Below, piece by piece: positions 38,394 through 50,765 of a DNA stretch of 64,000 nt (position 1 is the stretch's first letter; each line of letters opens with the position of its first letter). The notes beneath the pieces were generated by a model. The model saw nothing but the letters and a program-made list of their open reading frames with translations. It was not told the DNA's origin and searched no databases. This DNA is from Takakia lepidozioides. Its lineage: Eukaryota > Plantae > Bryophyta. Both the position numbers and the translations under genes were made by a program. The stretch covers positions 75,454,001-75,518,000 of the forward strand of contig CM060731.1 in assembly GCA_030704615.1 (NCBI GenBank), written 5' to 3'.

Positions 38394-41300
38394 CACTACG
38401 TTTGGGGGGGGGGTTAGCGATGCCTCAGCGACCTCCAAACGCCGCGCGTAGCGACGGAAATACACTACAGCTCGCCCGGGGCATGCCGGGGGCAAATGGC
38501 GACGTCGGGAAGTCGCCGCCACGTCAGTCCGACGTCGCTCTCGGAACGTCGCAGATTAGCGACCTCCGGGAATCGCTAATCCCCTGGGCCCCCTGGCCAC
38601 CAGGTCAGCGACGGCGGAATGTTGCCGACTCTCCGGGCAGTTGCAATATTGCGACTCCCGGGCGACGCAACAATGGGGAAGGAGGGGGGGTCCATCCCTC
38701 ACCCTGCGTCCTAGGGCAGTCGCAAGGACGTCGCCCATGGCGAGAAATAGCCACGCGCCGGCGACGCCGGCACATCGCACCCTGGGACATTAAAGCCCCC
38801 GCTTTGCGATGCCTGGACATCGCAAATGGGGTCTATTCTGCCTAGGGGACTGGCGACGCCCTGGAATCGCGATGACGTCGCTGCAATCTGGGGGCGTCGC
38901 TAGACCCCCATGGGTAGGGAGGTTTGCTGGCGACGCCCGGGAATCGCAAGGACGTCGCAACCCCCGGGGGCCGTCGCTAGCTCCATGGGAGGGCACATTT
39001 GTATGTAACTCCCTGGAGTCGCAACAACGACGCCACCCGCATGTTGCGACGCCTACGAATCGCAAGAGCGTCACTGGTCGCGCCGACGTCGCTGGGGGGG
39101 GTGGGTGGGAGGGTAGCCAGCTGGTATTTGGGGTGGGGTTTTGGGGGTTTTTTTTCGTTTGGGGGGGGGGGGGGGTTGGGTGTGGGGTTTTCTTGGGGGT
39201 TGGGGTGGGCCTCGTGCTTGCAAGAATTGCATGCATTCTAATCTATAGGTCGGTACATCAAATCCACATGTCCATTAAGTTTAGAATGAGGATCGAAATG
39301 GCAACTAAAAATATATATACATAAAGCGAGTACCACATGTACATGTCTCTAACTGGGAACTATCCCTCACTCCTCATCACCTGAGTCATAGGTGTACTCG
39401 TCCGAGGAATGCAAGCTACGTTGGGCCTCCAATAGGATGATGAGGCCGAGTCCGAGATTACATCATCCTTCGAACCACCCCCTACTACTGGCTCTCCCCC
39501 ATCCAGCCAAGCCACTGAACTACCCATCCCCACCCCTACAGATGCACTATCCTCCGTCAATTGTGGCGTCTTGGCCATTGAGGCTACAAGGACCTTCCAC
39601 CCCTGAGTCTTGCAAAAGTTGTGCTTGACGGCGGAGAGAGGCCTCTGAAACTTCTTTTTCTGCACAGGACATACAAATGCAATGACAGGTCAGAATTCAT
39701 TTAATGGAAGGGAGAAGCTAAAAAAGAAGAATAGGTATGACAAGAGAAAGAACACTTACGAATCGGGTGACAAAACTCTTGCTTCCACCGGGGCCCCACT
39801 TGTGTATTGCGAAGATCTCTGCCTTCAGCTCTTCCCTCTCCCTTGCGATGAGAGCCTCCCAAGATTCCTGTCCAGCCCCAACAAAGATACTATAAATGTT
39901 AATGAACTCCATACCGCAATGAACATGCATTCAAAGACGTCAATGACAAAGTGAAGTGCGTCTTACCTTGGCTATTCTATGTGGCATGGTCGTTGGTTCG
40001 GCGAATGGTTTGTCGCGCACGGTACCTCTTGTCCTTGAGGTTCTTTCCCACCAGCTCCAATAGCTTCCCCTCATTCCACTCACCCGGAAATGTGCCCTCA
40101 AGTGCTTGCACGAATGCTCGCCTATGGCGATGTGATTGGCGTGGCCAATCAACATGCCAAGGGAACCACCTCGCCGCCAAGTCGAAGGCTACTTTTTTCA
40201 TGGCCTCCCAATACTCACCAATGGGGTCACCGACCTTATTGGTCTCTAAGGGCGGCACCTTCATCTTTGGCAAATCAAGGTTGCGGGGACCCGAGGTCTT
40301 TACCTCATCCATGCTCTTCTGAACTATCTCTCCCTTGTCTTTTGTAGCTTGTATCTTCAATTGCTATGATGACCAATGTGCTCCTTGTCATGGAAACATA
40401 CAGACAAATAATCTGTCTATTCCTATCAGGAGCTTGTTATCCTTGTTAGCAGGGCAGACAAGCACGTTGCTCAAGGCTGTTTCAAAGATGCTTGGAGCTA
40501 AGGTGGTTGTAGCGTGGCATAGGAGGCTGTCATTGAAGCTATAGCTACTCAGCTGGCCAATGGTTTTCACAGAAGCGTCGGATATCACGAGCCTAAATAG
40601 GCAAACAGAGGCCCTTGGGATTGAGGGTTGGTCTAACCATCCTTGGTGGAAAGCAGGACCTCCACTTGCTATGGTACAACGTAGAGTACATTTTCAAAAT
40701 CTTCCTGATTATGAGTCTGGTCAAAGTTGGGTTATAGACAAATTCAATTATCACCAATAATTGGCTTGTCTTATGGGAGTCTCCAGGGGGAGTTGACAAG
40801 AACCCCGCTAGTGCCCTCCACCGGTTGCACGCTCATCTGAACTAGCTCCCCCTTGTCTTTTGTTCCCCATTAGTGCCCTCCCCTGGCTGCACCTCTCTCC
40901 TTCTACGCCTCTTTCTCTTACGCTCCCTCTCCTGGGCTTGTCCTTTCCCCCTCCCCTCAACTACTTCCCTCCCCCCCTCCAGTCATTCCCTACCCTCCTT
41001 GATGATTAGGGGAACCTCGGGGACACGACGTCATTTCCTCTTCCTCTTACCATCCCCAAGGGTAGGCACCGCCACTATCCCTACTTTGTCGGTGGCAATC
41101 CCACTGCCTGCCACAAGCTTAGCCACGAATTAGCCAAGCTCCTGAACACAAAACCCACAAAATTAGAAGCAAACCAGAAACAAAATGAAAGGCAAAGGAA
41201 AGAAAAAAGGTGAAGGAAAGAGGCTCACATTTGCGTCCATGACCTCAATGTTGCCATTGGTCCCCGCTTGTGGTGCACCCCCCATAAGGCCCTCTCGGAA

Positions 41301-41900
41301 TAAGGGTGGAAGCCTGTCCCATGCACCCTATAGACTCGCAAGCGGCGCCCCAAAGTCCAGGGTCTTCTTCATTGACCGTTTAAGCGACGGACTTGGCAAG
41401 GGGCCCTCCAAAGCTAGTGTCCCCCTCTCCTCTTCCCCCTCTCTTTCCCGTGCCCCCTTATTTCCCTCTTCCCTCTTCTTGTCTTCCTCCCTCTTCCTTT
41501 CCTCCTCCTTCCACCTCATTGTGGCCTCCTTTGAAGCCTCCCTCTTCTCCCAAGGTGAGGAGGAACCCACCCCCTTCTGAGCCCCCCCTTTATAAGCCCT
41601 TTTGGCTGTAGAAGAAGGGGAAAAGGCATTGGCGGTGGGGCTAAGATCAAGTTGCCCATACCTGGCGCCAGATCTAAGAATGCGCTTCCCCGCGTAAAAG
41701 TCAGGGCCCTCCATCAGCCCGTGGGGTGGCGTCCTAGCCTAAACATTAGGTGCACCACCCTCAAGTGGAGGCTCATCCCCAGCCTCTTTTGAGGGCGTGG
41801 AGGCCTCGACGGCCTTACGGCTTGGTCCTCTCACATAGCCGCCTATAGGGCTAGTGAGTTTGGACCAAGTGGACCATGTCACACGGCCGTCAATGACGGG
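38394..41900 (-). mobile_element. Truncated CACTA (En/Spm)-like element: terminus, subterminal repeats and decayed TnpA-like ORF
   Basis: CACTACG at 38394 is followed by ~700 bp dense in GCGACG/CGTCGC motifs in both orientations. Minus-strand relic 39977-40360 (WFPWHVDWPRQ..F..F..LKDKRYRAR) is reminiscent of CACTA accessory ORFs. No partner TIR seen; the distal boundary is a guess. Confidence 0.5.
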
Positions 41901-42111
41901 AGCGTTGTCAGGCTTCCCTACCTTAGTGGTAGGCGATTTCTACTCCTTCGTCGGCGCCTTCTCCTTTTCCTTTGCCATACTACGAGCTTATCCCTGCGCC
42001 CACAACACTACTACCGTGTCATTTCACACGCCAAAAACAAACAAGGTCTGACCCTCCCCCTTCCCCTCTCTCCCTCTCCCTCTATCTTTATGAAAGATTA
42101 CGTAAAATTAC

Positions 42112-42367
42112 ACTCTTGGTCAAAGCTTGCGTTAACGCAAGCCTGAACCCTAGTCTGAAACCAGTCTAGGTCAGGTTTGGGTTAACTCAAGCTTGAACCC
42201 TGGTCTGAAACTAGTCCCCTTTTGTTAAAATAAAACAAAAATAAATAAAACCACTCTTGGTCAGGCTTGCGTTAACCCAAGCCTGAACCCTGGTCTGAAA
42301 CCAGTCCCCTTTCGTAAAACATTTAAATAAAAAAATAAAAAAATAACACTTTTGGTCAGGCTTGCGT
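42112..42367. repeat. Direct repeats of a ~45-bp unit (GGTCAGGCTTGCGTTAACCCAAGCCTGAACCCTGGTCTGAAACCAGTC), 3 copies plus a partial
   Basis: Copies near 42118, 42168 and 42259, partial at 42354. Each contains the palindrome GGCTTG(C/G)GTTAAC(G/C)CAAGCC. Confidence 0.85.
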
Positions 42368-42868
42368 CCTTTCCTACACTCCGTGCACTTGTGCAAATCC
42401 AAGAAAGCAACTATGTGTGCACAGAAACGTCTGTGATACGAAGGTACGTAGTCACATCAAAAACTGTAATCAGGCTTGCGATAGAGTGCAATCGGGTCTA
42501 AAAGGAAGCAAATGCAAATGGGAATGCAGTTCCATTCTAACCTGTAAATGACTCGCTTCATTGCCTGCTCCCAATTGTATTGCGCATTGAACAGGTTAGA
42601 GCGCAAAATTTCCCCCTCTACTGCAAATTCACGGAAGAAGGCATACTTCCAAACAATCTCTTTCCACCTCCGAATGAAAGTGCCGAAAGATTATCGGGCT
42701 CAGCCACCCTCGATTTTGAAGTCATGAAGAGTTTGCTCTATAACTTCTAACCTCGTGTGCCTGTGCCCCCCCACCTTCGTGGGTGCCACCCCTTTTGTGG
42801 GTGAATCTTCTTCAGCATCGTTCCCTCTCGAGTCTCCAACCACTACTGTCTAGGGAGAAGGGGAGAAC

Positions 42869-43743
42869 ATGTTGTCGGTAGAGGAGTTTGACTGTACAGA
42901 GGCAATGTTGGATATAGAACGGGCTCCCCAAGGATCAAAAGTCAAGTGTTTCGCTATTAGGGCACCCTCGTTTCAGAAGTGCACTGCCCAAATTTTGAAA
43001 GGGACACGCGGAACTCTTGCCTCGGCAGTCACCGGCTTGTTCAAGCATTACATGTCGAGTCTAGGCCTCACAAGTTTTGGTTCTGCCCGGATGACATTGT
43101 GCGATGTGTCATGGGGACTGTTTGGAATTTTGTGATAATGAAGCCTAAAAGCCTGGCCTCACCAGCCGTGTGGCCAGTAAAATAGGAACTGCACTCTCCA
43201 AATGGAAATTGACATGCTGGAGGAGGCCGGATTTCGCCTTCCGAGAGGCCCAACTGTCGTAACGCCGGTTTTTCCAATGGCTTTCCCTTCCAACTTTCCT
43301 GCACGTCCTCGACATGGCAACGATTGGCCCACAAAAAGGAATGGAAAGGCAATACGTGTCGGGTTGAGGCTGGTGCAGATAATGAGTGCAAGATAGAGTC
43401 TGCTAGAACCCTGCAGTGTCACGTCACCCAAATTGTGAGAGTCCCCTTGACAGGCCATGGGCGGGTGTACACCTTGGCGACCTCTGGATTGGTTGTTCAT
43501 GACAGGACCTATGAGATTATTATTAGCAATTTTCCTAATTGCACTTGTCCGGACTTTCAGAATGCGCTCTCAAGCTCTCTTGGTAAGAGAGACAAATTTG
43601 TCCTATGCAAGCATCTTTACTACATCTACATTCAGAGGATGTTTTGCGATCCTAAACGAGACACTTACATTCACCAATGTACGTTAGGACCACCCAGTGA
43701 CGTTCATACATTACTGCAGCGAGATAGTTCGGGTTCAATTTGA
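42869..43743 (+). pseudogene. Decayed SWIM zinc-finger ORF, probably transposon-derived
   Basis: YEIIISNFPNCTCPDF...LCKHLYY is a SWIM CxC-xn-CxH motif. Upstream coding sequence is split over several frames. Confidence 0.65.
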
Positions 43744-44039
43744 GATGTAGTCGGGATTTGCATTGCAACTCTGCCGGTTATTATGTCATGTCATTGTTAT
43801 GAAAATCTGAAGTGTATCCAACTTTGGAGATGGCTTCGTGCTGGTTAATGGCAACATTTTCCTAAATGAAATCAATCTTGTTTTGCAATCAATATTTTAT
43901 TTCAATCTTGTTTTGCAATGCATGTTTGTGTTCCAATCATGTGGACTTGCAGATGGCTTCGTGCTGGTTATTGGCAACACCTTCTTGAATTAGATCAATC
44001 TTGTTTTGCACAATTGGTTTATGAAGTCCTACACTTTCT

Positions 44040-44445
44040 GTGAGATGAATGAATGAGATGAATGAGATGAATCCGATGAATGTCATGAATGTTCTTTTAC
44101 AAGCAATCTTATTTCAGTCATTCATTGTACATTCATCCAATCATTTTTCATCCCACATTCATCCTGCATTCATCCATTCATCTTTGCCATTCATCCTTGC
44201 TTACTTCATCGAGAAGTTTTTCATTCACATTCATCTCAGATTTTCTTGCATAGAGGTCGACGTCTTCGGTCCCGACATGGTATGTTACCCTCCAATTTCG
44301 CACAAGTTTGCGTCCACGACAATAGGCCCTGCTTCTTCCACGGTTATACGCTCCACTTCTATTTTCTGCTCACGCTTAAAATGTGCTCACGCTTAAGGGA
44401 ATCTGCTCACGCTTAGTGCATTCACGTGAGCACGCTCACGCGTTA
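44040..44445. repeat. Low-complexity ATGA/TCAT(C) tract followed by CTCACGCTTA short repeats
   Basis: GATGAAT runs are followed by complementary CATTCATC runs; GCTCACGCTTA x3 plus variants at 44367-44445. Confidence 0.65.
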
Positions 44446-45590
44446 GCTGCCCTCTCTCCAATGGATGTCGTTATGATGATACACTAAAGGCCACAAAGGG
44501 CTTCTATCAATATACCTATATCCTGAGACAAGATTGCACTTAAAGTCCTCATATTTGATTTTGGGCCAGTCAAGCCTGGAAACAAGATAAAGACAAATTT
44601 TCGCGATAAGATCTAGTCGTCAATAGAGGCTCAAATTCAAGTGGTCTATCCTCTGCTTGGGAAGGCTGAGGGATGGGACTCGGGAGAGAATGAGGTTGAG
44701 AAAGGCAAACTTCCCAAAGGTGAAAAAGAAAAGAGTATTTGTAAAACGCCTCGAAGGTCCCAGAACACTTTTTATTATCATCTCCCAATTAAAACGGTGA
44801 AATCAGCTACCCAGATTTTGTGAGAGTCAATAGGGATGAGTTTGTACAATTCATCCATGTGGATGGATGGGGGTGAAAAGATATAGCTAGGTACATCAGG
44901 GTATATACAATTTTGATCCAAAAATGCTAAAAGTTACCTCGTCCTTTAAGGGTTAATAAACTTGATAGTTTCTAAATAATATTGAAGAGAATGGGGGGCT
45001 TCGGCGCAGATGCTGCCAAGACGCTGGATATCTGATTCAACATAAGTGGGCTCTATGCCCCAAGGTAGAGCAACGTGCAGAGGCGGTCTTGCAACCCTAA
45101 CATTTTTAATTGTTTTGAAAGTTGATTTATATTTGGTGGTTGAAAGTTATACTCAGAAGAATTAGCAAGTCTGAAACCAACATGGTTTTTAAATTTGTTT
45201 GGTATAACCTGGTGACTTATGGTGTAACTTCCCCTTAAATTACCACTGCCTTTCATTTGGAAGATAAGCACAATTTAACTATCGTAGGAAATGTGAGAGG
45301 ATTAAGAGTGGGTTGTTTTAGTACCCTTTTATTCTCCACAAAGCTACAAAACTCCTACTGTTCATCGAATGAAATATATTTTTGATATAAAAGAACATTG
45401 TTCTCAAAAGTCATCACTAGAAGTGTGGAGCAACATCCTTGTATCTTGATGTGCCTCACAAACAAGCAAATTGTAGCCCAATGGTAACAGGCACATACCA
45501 CCTCGAAAGTGGTTGTAGGTTAAATCCACCGATTGGCTTCAAAATGGTGACCACCTTCCTACCTGAAGGTGTTTCCCATTCAAAATCCTA

Positions 45591-46073
45591 TTAGCGACCA
45601 TCTGTACCACTTGCCCAGGTGGCCGATCCTCCCATAGTGTCATCTTGTAAATAGCAGCAAGTGACAAGGTTTCCATCATTCTGAATTATCAGGAATGAAA
45701 GGAAGTAGTCTCCACATGCATAGTCACCAGGGCTCGAGGCCCACAAAGGCTGGTCATTGCCATCATAGACCACAAAATTCCCATCCAGTTGTATGGCCGC
45801 ATGACAATTTGTCCCCTTGTCATTTGTGTCTGTAGCCCACAATGGCTCATAGCCAGGATGAGCTGAGATGAACTTATAGAGTACCAAATTGCAATCATTT
45901 TGCATCATCACAACATATAACTTATTACCACTTATAAGTGTGTCCCCTGTTACGAGGTTGTTGGGCGCCCGAATCCAAGAGGTGCCAACTGCATCAACTT
46001 GAGTTGTAGTACAGATCAAAACTTGTAAGGTCACTAGTAATGCTGCAAGCATGAGGCGCCTCATCGTCGTCAT
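45591..46073 (-). CDS. GNA/bulb-type mannose-binding (B-type) lectin, secreted, intronless
   Basis: ATG at 46073 (MTTMRRLMLAALLVTLQVLIC signal peptide). QxDxNxVxY sites QNDCNLVLY, QLDGNFVVY and QNDGNLVTC; WAT/WAS motifs. Confidence 0.92.
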   Translation of the reverse strand: MTTMRRLMLAALLVTLQVLICTTTQVDAVGTSWIRAPNNLVTGDTLISGNKLYVVMMQNDCNLVLYKFISAHPGYEPLWATDTNDKGTNCHAAIQLDGNFVVYDGNDQPLWASSPGDYACGDYFLSFLIIQNDGNLVTCCYLQDDTMGGSATWASGTDGR

Positions 46074-47374
46074 TGAAGCTGGTGTTGCAGAGTGTATGTA
46101 TATATGTGTGACAACAAAAGTAGAACGAGACAACTTTTACACATGTTTTGTTCAAGGAGACAAAAGTTGGGGACATATCATTTGACGTCTAATGTCATTA
46201 GTTAGTAATTTCCTGGCCCTTCCATAATATACTATTCAATTGCTTGACCCTTAAACGCTCAGTGCCCTAATTTGACTTTTTCAAAAAATACACCATTTAT
46301 ACCAGTTACACCATTTTTCACTGTAGGTATCCTATTTTTTTTCATGAAAAATAAGACACCTACAGTGGAAAATGGTGTAACTTCTAGAAATTGACTTTTC
46401 AGAACTTGACCGCACATTATGTGCGTATTTTCCTCTTGCACCCACCTGCCAAATTCTATGGCAATCAGCCCCAGATCTAGCAAACACCACCGTTGAATGT
46501 GGGGATCAACCGCCGGTAGTCAAGGTTTTCCTGACTTTGAGGCTAACTACCCCCTATTGGTAGGCCCAATGGGACCGTCCGTGGTCATGCATATGACTAT
46601 AGTTATATGAAAGACTTTAGGAGGGACGTTGCATTAATTACTACATGACTCCACACTAGGCTAATCAACGGAATCAATCGTTGACCATCTTTCGCTCAGC
46701 GCTGATAGTTGTATGCACAACTTCAACATGTACATAATACTTTTCACAGTCATGCATGTTACTGGAGATTCCACGACGAATGTTTAATTCAGTAATTCAT
46801 CTCCACTTAATATTTTTATTAGGAAGAATAAACTTTGTACACATTTAATTTTACAGTTTATAGAACCAACAAAGAATCTCATGATGTTCTGTTCTAGTAT
46901 CCTAGTATTCACATGTATATGTAGCAATGCTCGAAAGACTTTGTTATATTAAAAATCAGATCATGTATGGAATTTGATTTATTTAATTTATTTGATTTTA
47001 AAAATATAACCATAGATGTTTTGCAAGAGCCCATAAATGAAACCTAGGTGGATCTAGATCAGTAGTTTTGTGTCCCATGGGGCTATCTCCTAAAACATCG
47101 CATCAATCCAATTTCTACCAATACAAAGTAGATGTCAACGCTATACTTAGTACAATAATTTGAAATCCACGAGTTTGGTACTATACAACGTAGTAGGTAC
47201 TAGGATTGAACACTAAAATATTGGAGTGATACAAAAGGTCAAAAGGTTCAAAAGTGCAAAAGATTGCTTAGGTGAAATGACACATTTGGCCATGAGTAGA
47301 GCGTTTTTGCGCCTACAATTGTAACTTTAAATATGGATGTGTTCAAGTTTGCGTTTGTTGGTGATGATGGTTGT

Positions 47375-47567
47375 GAGGGATCAGATGGCGGTAATATCCA
47401 CATGTCTTCATCCCACGAAATGAGGTTGATCTCAACGAGGGGGGACAAGACAAATGAACGAGATCATCCCTATCCTCAACAGTATGCTCATTGACATGGC
47501 CCTGGACTGCACGGCGTATCCATACCCGGAGGGGTGGAAACTCCAACAAATGGTTTGGGTATTGCAC
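47375..47567 (-). mobile_element. Fragment resembling the C-terminal region of a CACTA transposase
   Basis: FPPLRVWIRRAV..DDLVHLSCPPSLRSTSFRGMKTCG; resemblance recalled by eye only. Confidence 0.3.
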
Positions 47568-47604
47568 CGGAAGGTTGCGCTGACTTTGATTGGCATGTCA
47601 TCCA

Positions 47605-47741
47605 CAAGTGCGTGAGCAGCAGCGTCCTTCTGCGGAGGTGGAGCAATCGCAACAGGAGAAGGAGCGTACAGCAGTGCTTTTGATGGTGGCGCTGGCAATC
47701 CAGTATGGTGTGCAACCCTTGATAACCAAGCGCTTCACAGG
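47605..47741 (+). pseudogene. Isolated first-exon fragment of a ROCK1-like nucleotide-sugar transporter
   Basis: AVLLMVALAIQYGVQPLITKRFT resembles ROCK1/At5g65000 LLTLQYGAQPLISKR. It ends at a plausible donor G|GTAC, has no in-frame ATG upstream of the conserved segment and no downstream exons. Confidence 0.55.
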
Positions 47742-47788
47742 GTACAAATCTAATCGCATACTTGCGGTAGTGAACGTGGATAGCTGCT

Positions 47789-48607
47789 ATGGAGTCGGCC
47801 TTTCACCCAGAAACAGATGCCCAAACAGAAAGGACCAACCGTACAATTGAAGATATGTTGAGAATGTACGTTGGTGAAAGACAGTCCTCTTGGGAACAAT
47901 ATCTGTATATGGTGGAATTTGCTTATAACAAGCATTTCCACAGTGCCATTGGCATGAGCCCATTTGAAGCTTTATATGGACGAGATTGCTTAGCTCCTGC
48001 TTCGCTTATCACACCACCATCAAATGTGCAAAGCGTGAATGACAGAATCAAAGAGATCCACTCTGTCCTAGATCTGGTGAAGCGTAGTATGCAGGCTGCA
48101 CAAGAACGGGCCAAGTTCTTTGCTGATAAGCGTATGACTTTTCGTGAATTTGCCATTGGTGATATGGTGTTTTTGAAAGTTACACCTAAAAGAAGCAATC
48201 TAACACTAAGCAAGTGTTATAAGTTGTCACCAAGATTTTGTGGTCCGTTTAAAATCCTGGAACGCCATGGCACAGTGGCCTATGAGTTGGATCTGCCTCC
48301 AACATGGAAGATCCATAAAACTTTCCATGTCAGTCTTCTTCGGAGGTATACGTCGGACTCATCACACATCTTGCCGACGTTGCCTCAAGCCATGAATGAT
48401 GGTCAGCTGATGACTGAACCCGAAAAGATTCTAGAAACGCGAGTAAAGCACCTGTGCAACCGTTCATGGAAAGAACATTTGATTAAGTGGTTGCATTACC
48501 CAGAGACACAAGCTACTTGGGAGAAGGAAAATGAATTGACATTGAGTTACCCCTCATTTTCTGTCATTGAGGACAATGACCTGTCTTTGGGAGGGGGAGT
48601 TTGTTAG
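47789..48607 (+). mobile_element. Ty3/gypsy chromovirus 3' fragment: integrase C-half + chromodomain + PPT + start of LTR
   Basis: SAFHPETDAQTERTNRTIEDMLR, EFAYN, SPFEALYG, GPF motif, FHVSLL, chromodomain (LIKW..YP...ATWE). PPT GGGAGGGGGAG at 48589-48599, then TGTTAG at 48602. Confidence 0.92.
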
Positions 48608-49754
48608 GTGCCTTGAACAAAGATCGAGACCTGTCGACCAGTTTGGCAAAGCAAGTGACTGCTAGAAGACCGCCGAACTGACAGTTGCAGGTCGAATGGA
48701 GCAGGCTCGCGTTCACGAACAGATCCACGATTAGGGATTTAAAAAAAGTGGGCTTGGAGATGACAAGAGTGGAGAAGAGAAAAGAATGATGGTGTACAGG
48801 CATCTAGAGCAGATCTGTATTGACAGGAAACCAGTGTAGCATGGCATGGTGGCTGGGCGGACCGGCCGTAGCCGGTGCTGTGCTTTTTGGTGAGCAGAAA
48901 AAGAGGTCGTGAGAAGAAGAAAAAGGATCGATCTACACTGGTCTATGGTGATAGAATGTGTTGATGCACGGTGTGGTGGAGGGGCGGACTGGACATCGTG
49001 GTCCAGTACTGTGCATAGATAGAATGGCATGAGATGAGTACATAGGTTGACAGGGAGATCTTTTGAACAAGGAATCAGGCCAGAGTAGGAGTGACGATCA
49101 CTTGATCGATCTGTGAATTTGTAAATGAGGGAAGTGGAATAAGAATAGGGCCTTGGCTGGAATTCAGATATAGATGAGAGTCCGGTTGAAACAAAATCCC
49201 GAGCAATCAGTTTTCCTTGGAGTTTTGGTAAATTCCCTGTGAACAGCAAACCAAGCAAAGCGCCTGAAATTTTGTCATAGTTGGACAAAGAAAAGAGAAT
49301 TAGATCCTTTACAGATCCACAAAGATATCCTCTGGTTTGGGAAGCCTGTGCAGTGCTGCTAGCTCGGGATCTACATCATCCAGTGTATGTTCTACTGGCT
49401 GATTCCTAATCTCAGATTCGTCGTTCAAAATGGACTGATCGGACATGACTGGTGTGATTTATAGCATTATGACCAGCCTCAATCCAAATGTCTCTATCAT
49501 GGCACAGTATCCATGCCTTAGCATATGTTCCTCCACCAGTGTGCACAATACGAATCACTATATCTCTCGGCATACAATAGAAAGACAGTGGATTCAAACC
49601 TGCAAGTGAGATGCGACCAAAGCTTTCTATACGTAACACCAAGTCACCTATGTCTGGCACTTACATTGTATAGTTAGAACTGTGCATCCATTGTGCTACT
49701 AAATCGCCATCTCTCTCTTGCGCCAGCTTGAACTTGAAATGGCCACGATCAGCA

Positions 49755-50765
49755 GCTCTAATACCAAAAATGGGGGCCTTGTTTCACCACCCGGGGTAAA
49801 TCATCCGTTCCCTCTTGATCAGACAACCCGTCAGTCCAGTTTCGATGCTACATGAGCCCGCAGCGGAAGCAGGAAAACATCGTGACACCTCGACTGGACC
49901 GTTCTACTGCTCGTTCGTTTGTTAAACATCATGTTATCATTCCGTTTGTGGCATGGCAAATGCTCAGAAAAGATATGTCAACCCCTCGTAGGGCTCCTGC
50001 TTGCAGCACCCGCACTCCGTTATCTCTTATGCTTGGTTCACCATGTGCACGGGTAGTCACTTAACTTACATTCCGTGGGCATCCTTCATGGCAGTGACCC
50101 TTGGCTGCTATGCTTACTTGTGCGATTTGTCCCTCAATACATGCTACACATCGTTACATCTCTACCTATCATCTCGATCTGTCACAGAACTTGCACGGAT
50201 CCGTTTTGCTTGCGATCCACATCAGCTAACCTCTTCTTGTCTCTTTTCGTTCTCTCTACACATATTGCAGTGCAAACGTTCTAAAGTATTGCTCTCTTGA
50301 TCATTGGTTTTCAACTTGTACATGCTTTTCCTTGTAAAATCCATTCTATCTCCTTTACATCACGCGGCTTACTACGAAGGCAGCCTGGTATCAACACGTT
50401 CTGTACACTGTACAAGCATCTCACTAATCGCTTCACTAACCCTACTTAGTCTAATCCATATTTCTTCTCCTCTGTCTCCATCGCCTCTCTAACTTGAAAG
50501 TTTGAATCGTCTCCCTATCTGATCATTCATTCTTTCATGATCGTCTGTCTGCTACCTTGTACCCTGCAGCAGTCTTCAGAATTCGCTTCTTTCCCAAGTT
50601 CCTACTTTCTAATCACTGCCCCAGCATATACTAATCAGCTGAGCCTTCCCTGGTCGTGCCTGCTGACTAAGCACTAAGTTATGGACCGATCCACGTCTTG
50701 ATAAGATCTTAAGAGCCCAAAACTTAATTACATGGGTACGCTTAGTCATGCGCCTTAGTGTCACA
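49755..50765 (-). mobile_element. Putative LTR plus tRNA-iMet primer-binding site of an oppositely oriented retroelement
   Basis: GCTCTAATACCA at 49755-49766 reads TGGTATTAGAGC on the minus strand (canonical TGGTATCAGAGC). Candidate LTR edges are TGTGACA (50765) and CA (49771). No second LTR is available to confirm. Confidence 0.4.

Noticed and set aside
38012-39324. Long overlapping ORFs (277, 171 and 148 aa)
   Set aside because: Stop-poor GC-rich subterminal repeat sequence; low-complexity translations.
48731-49660. 185-aa and 82-aa minus-strand ORFs as host genes
   Set aside because: They lie downstream of a PBS within retroelement debris and show no convincing domain.
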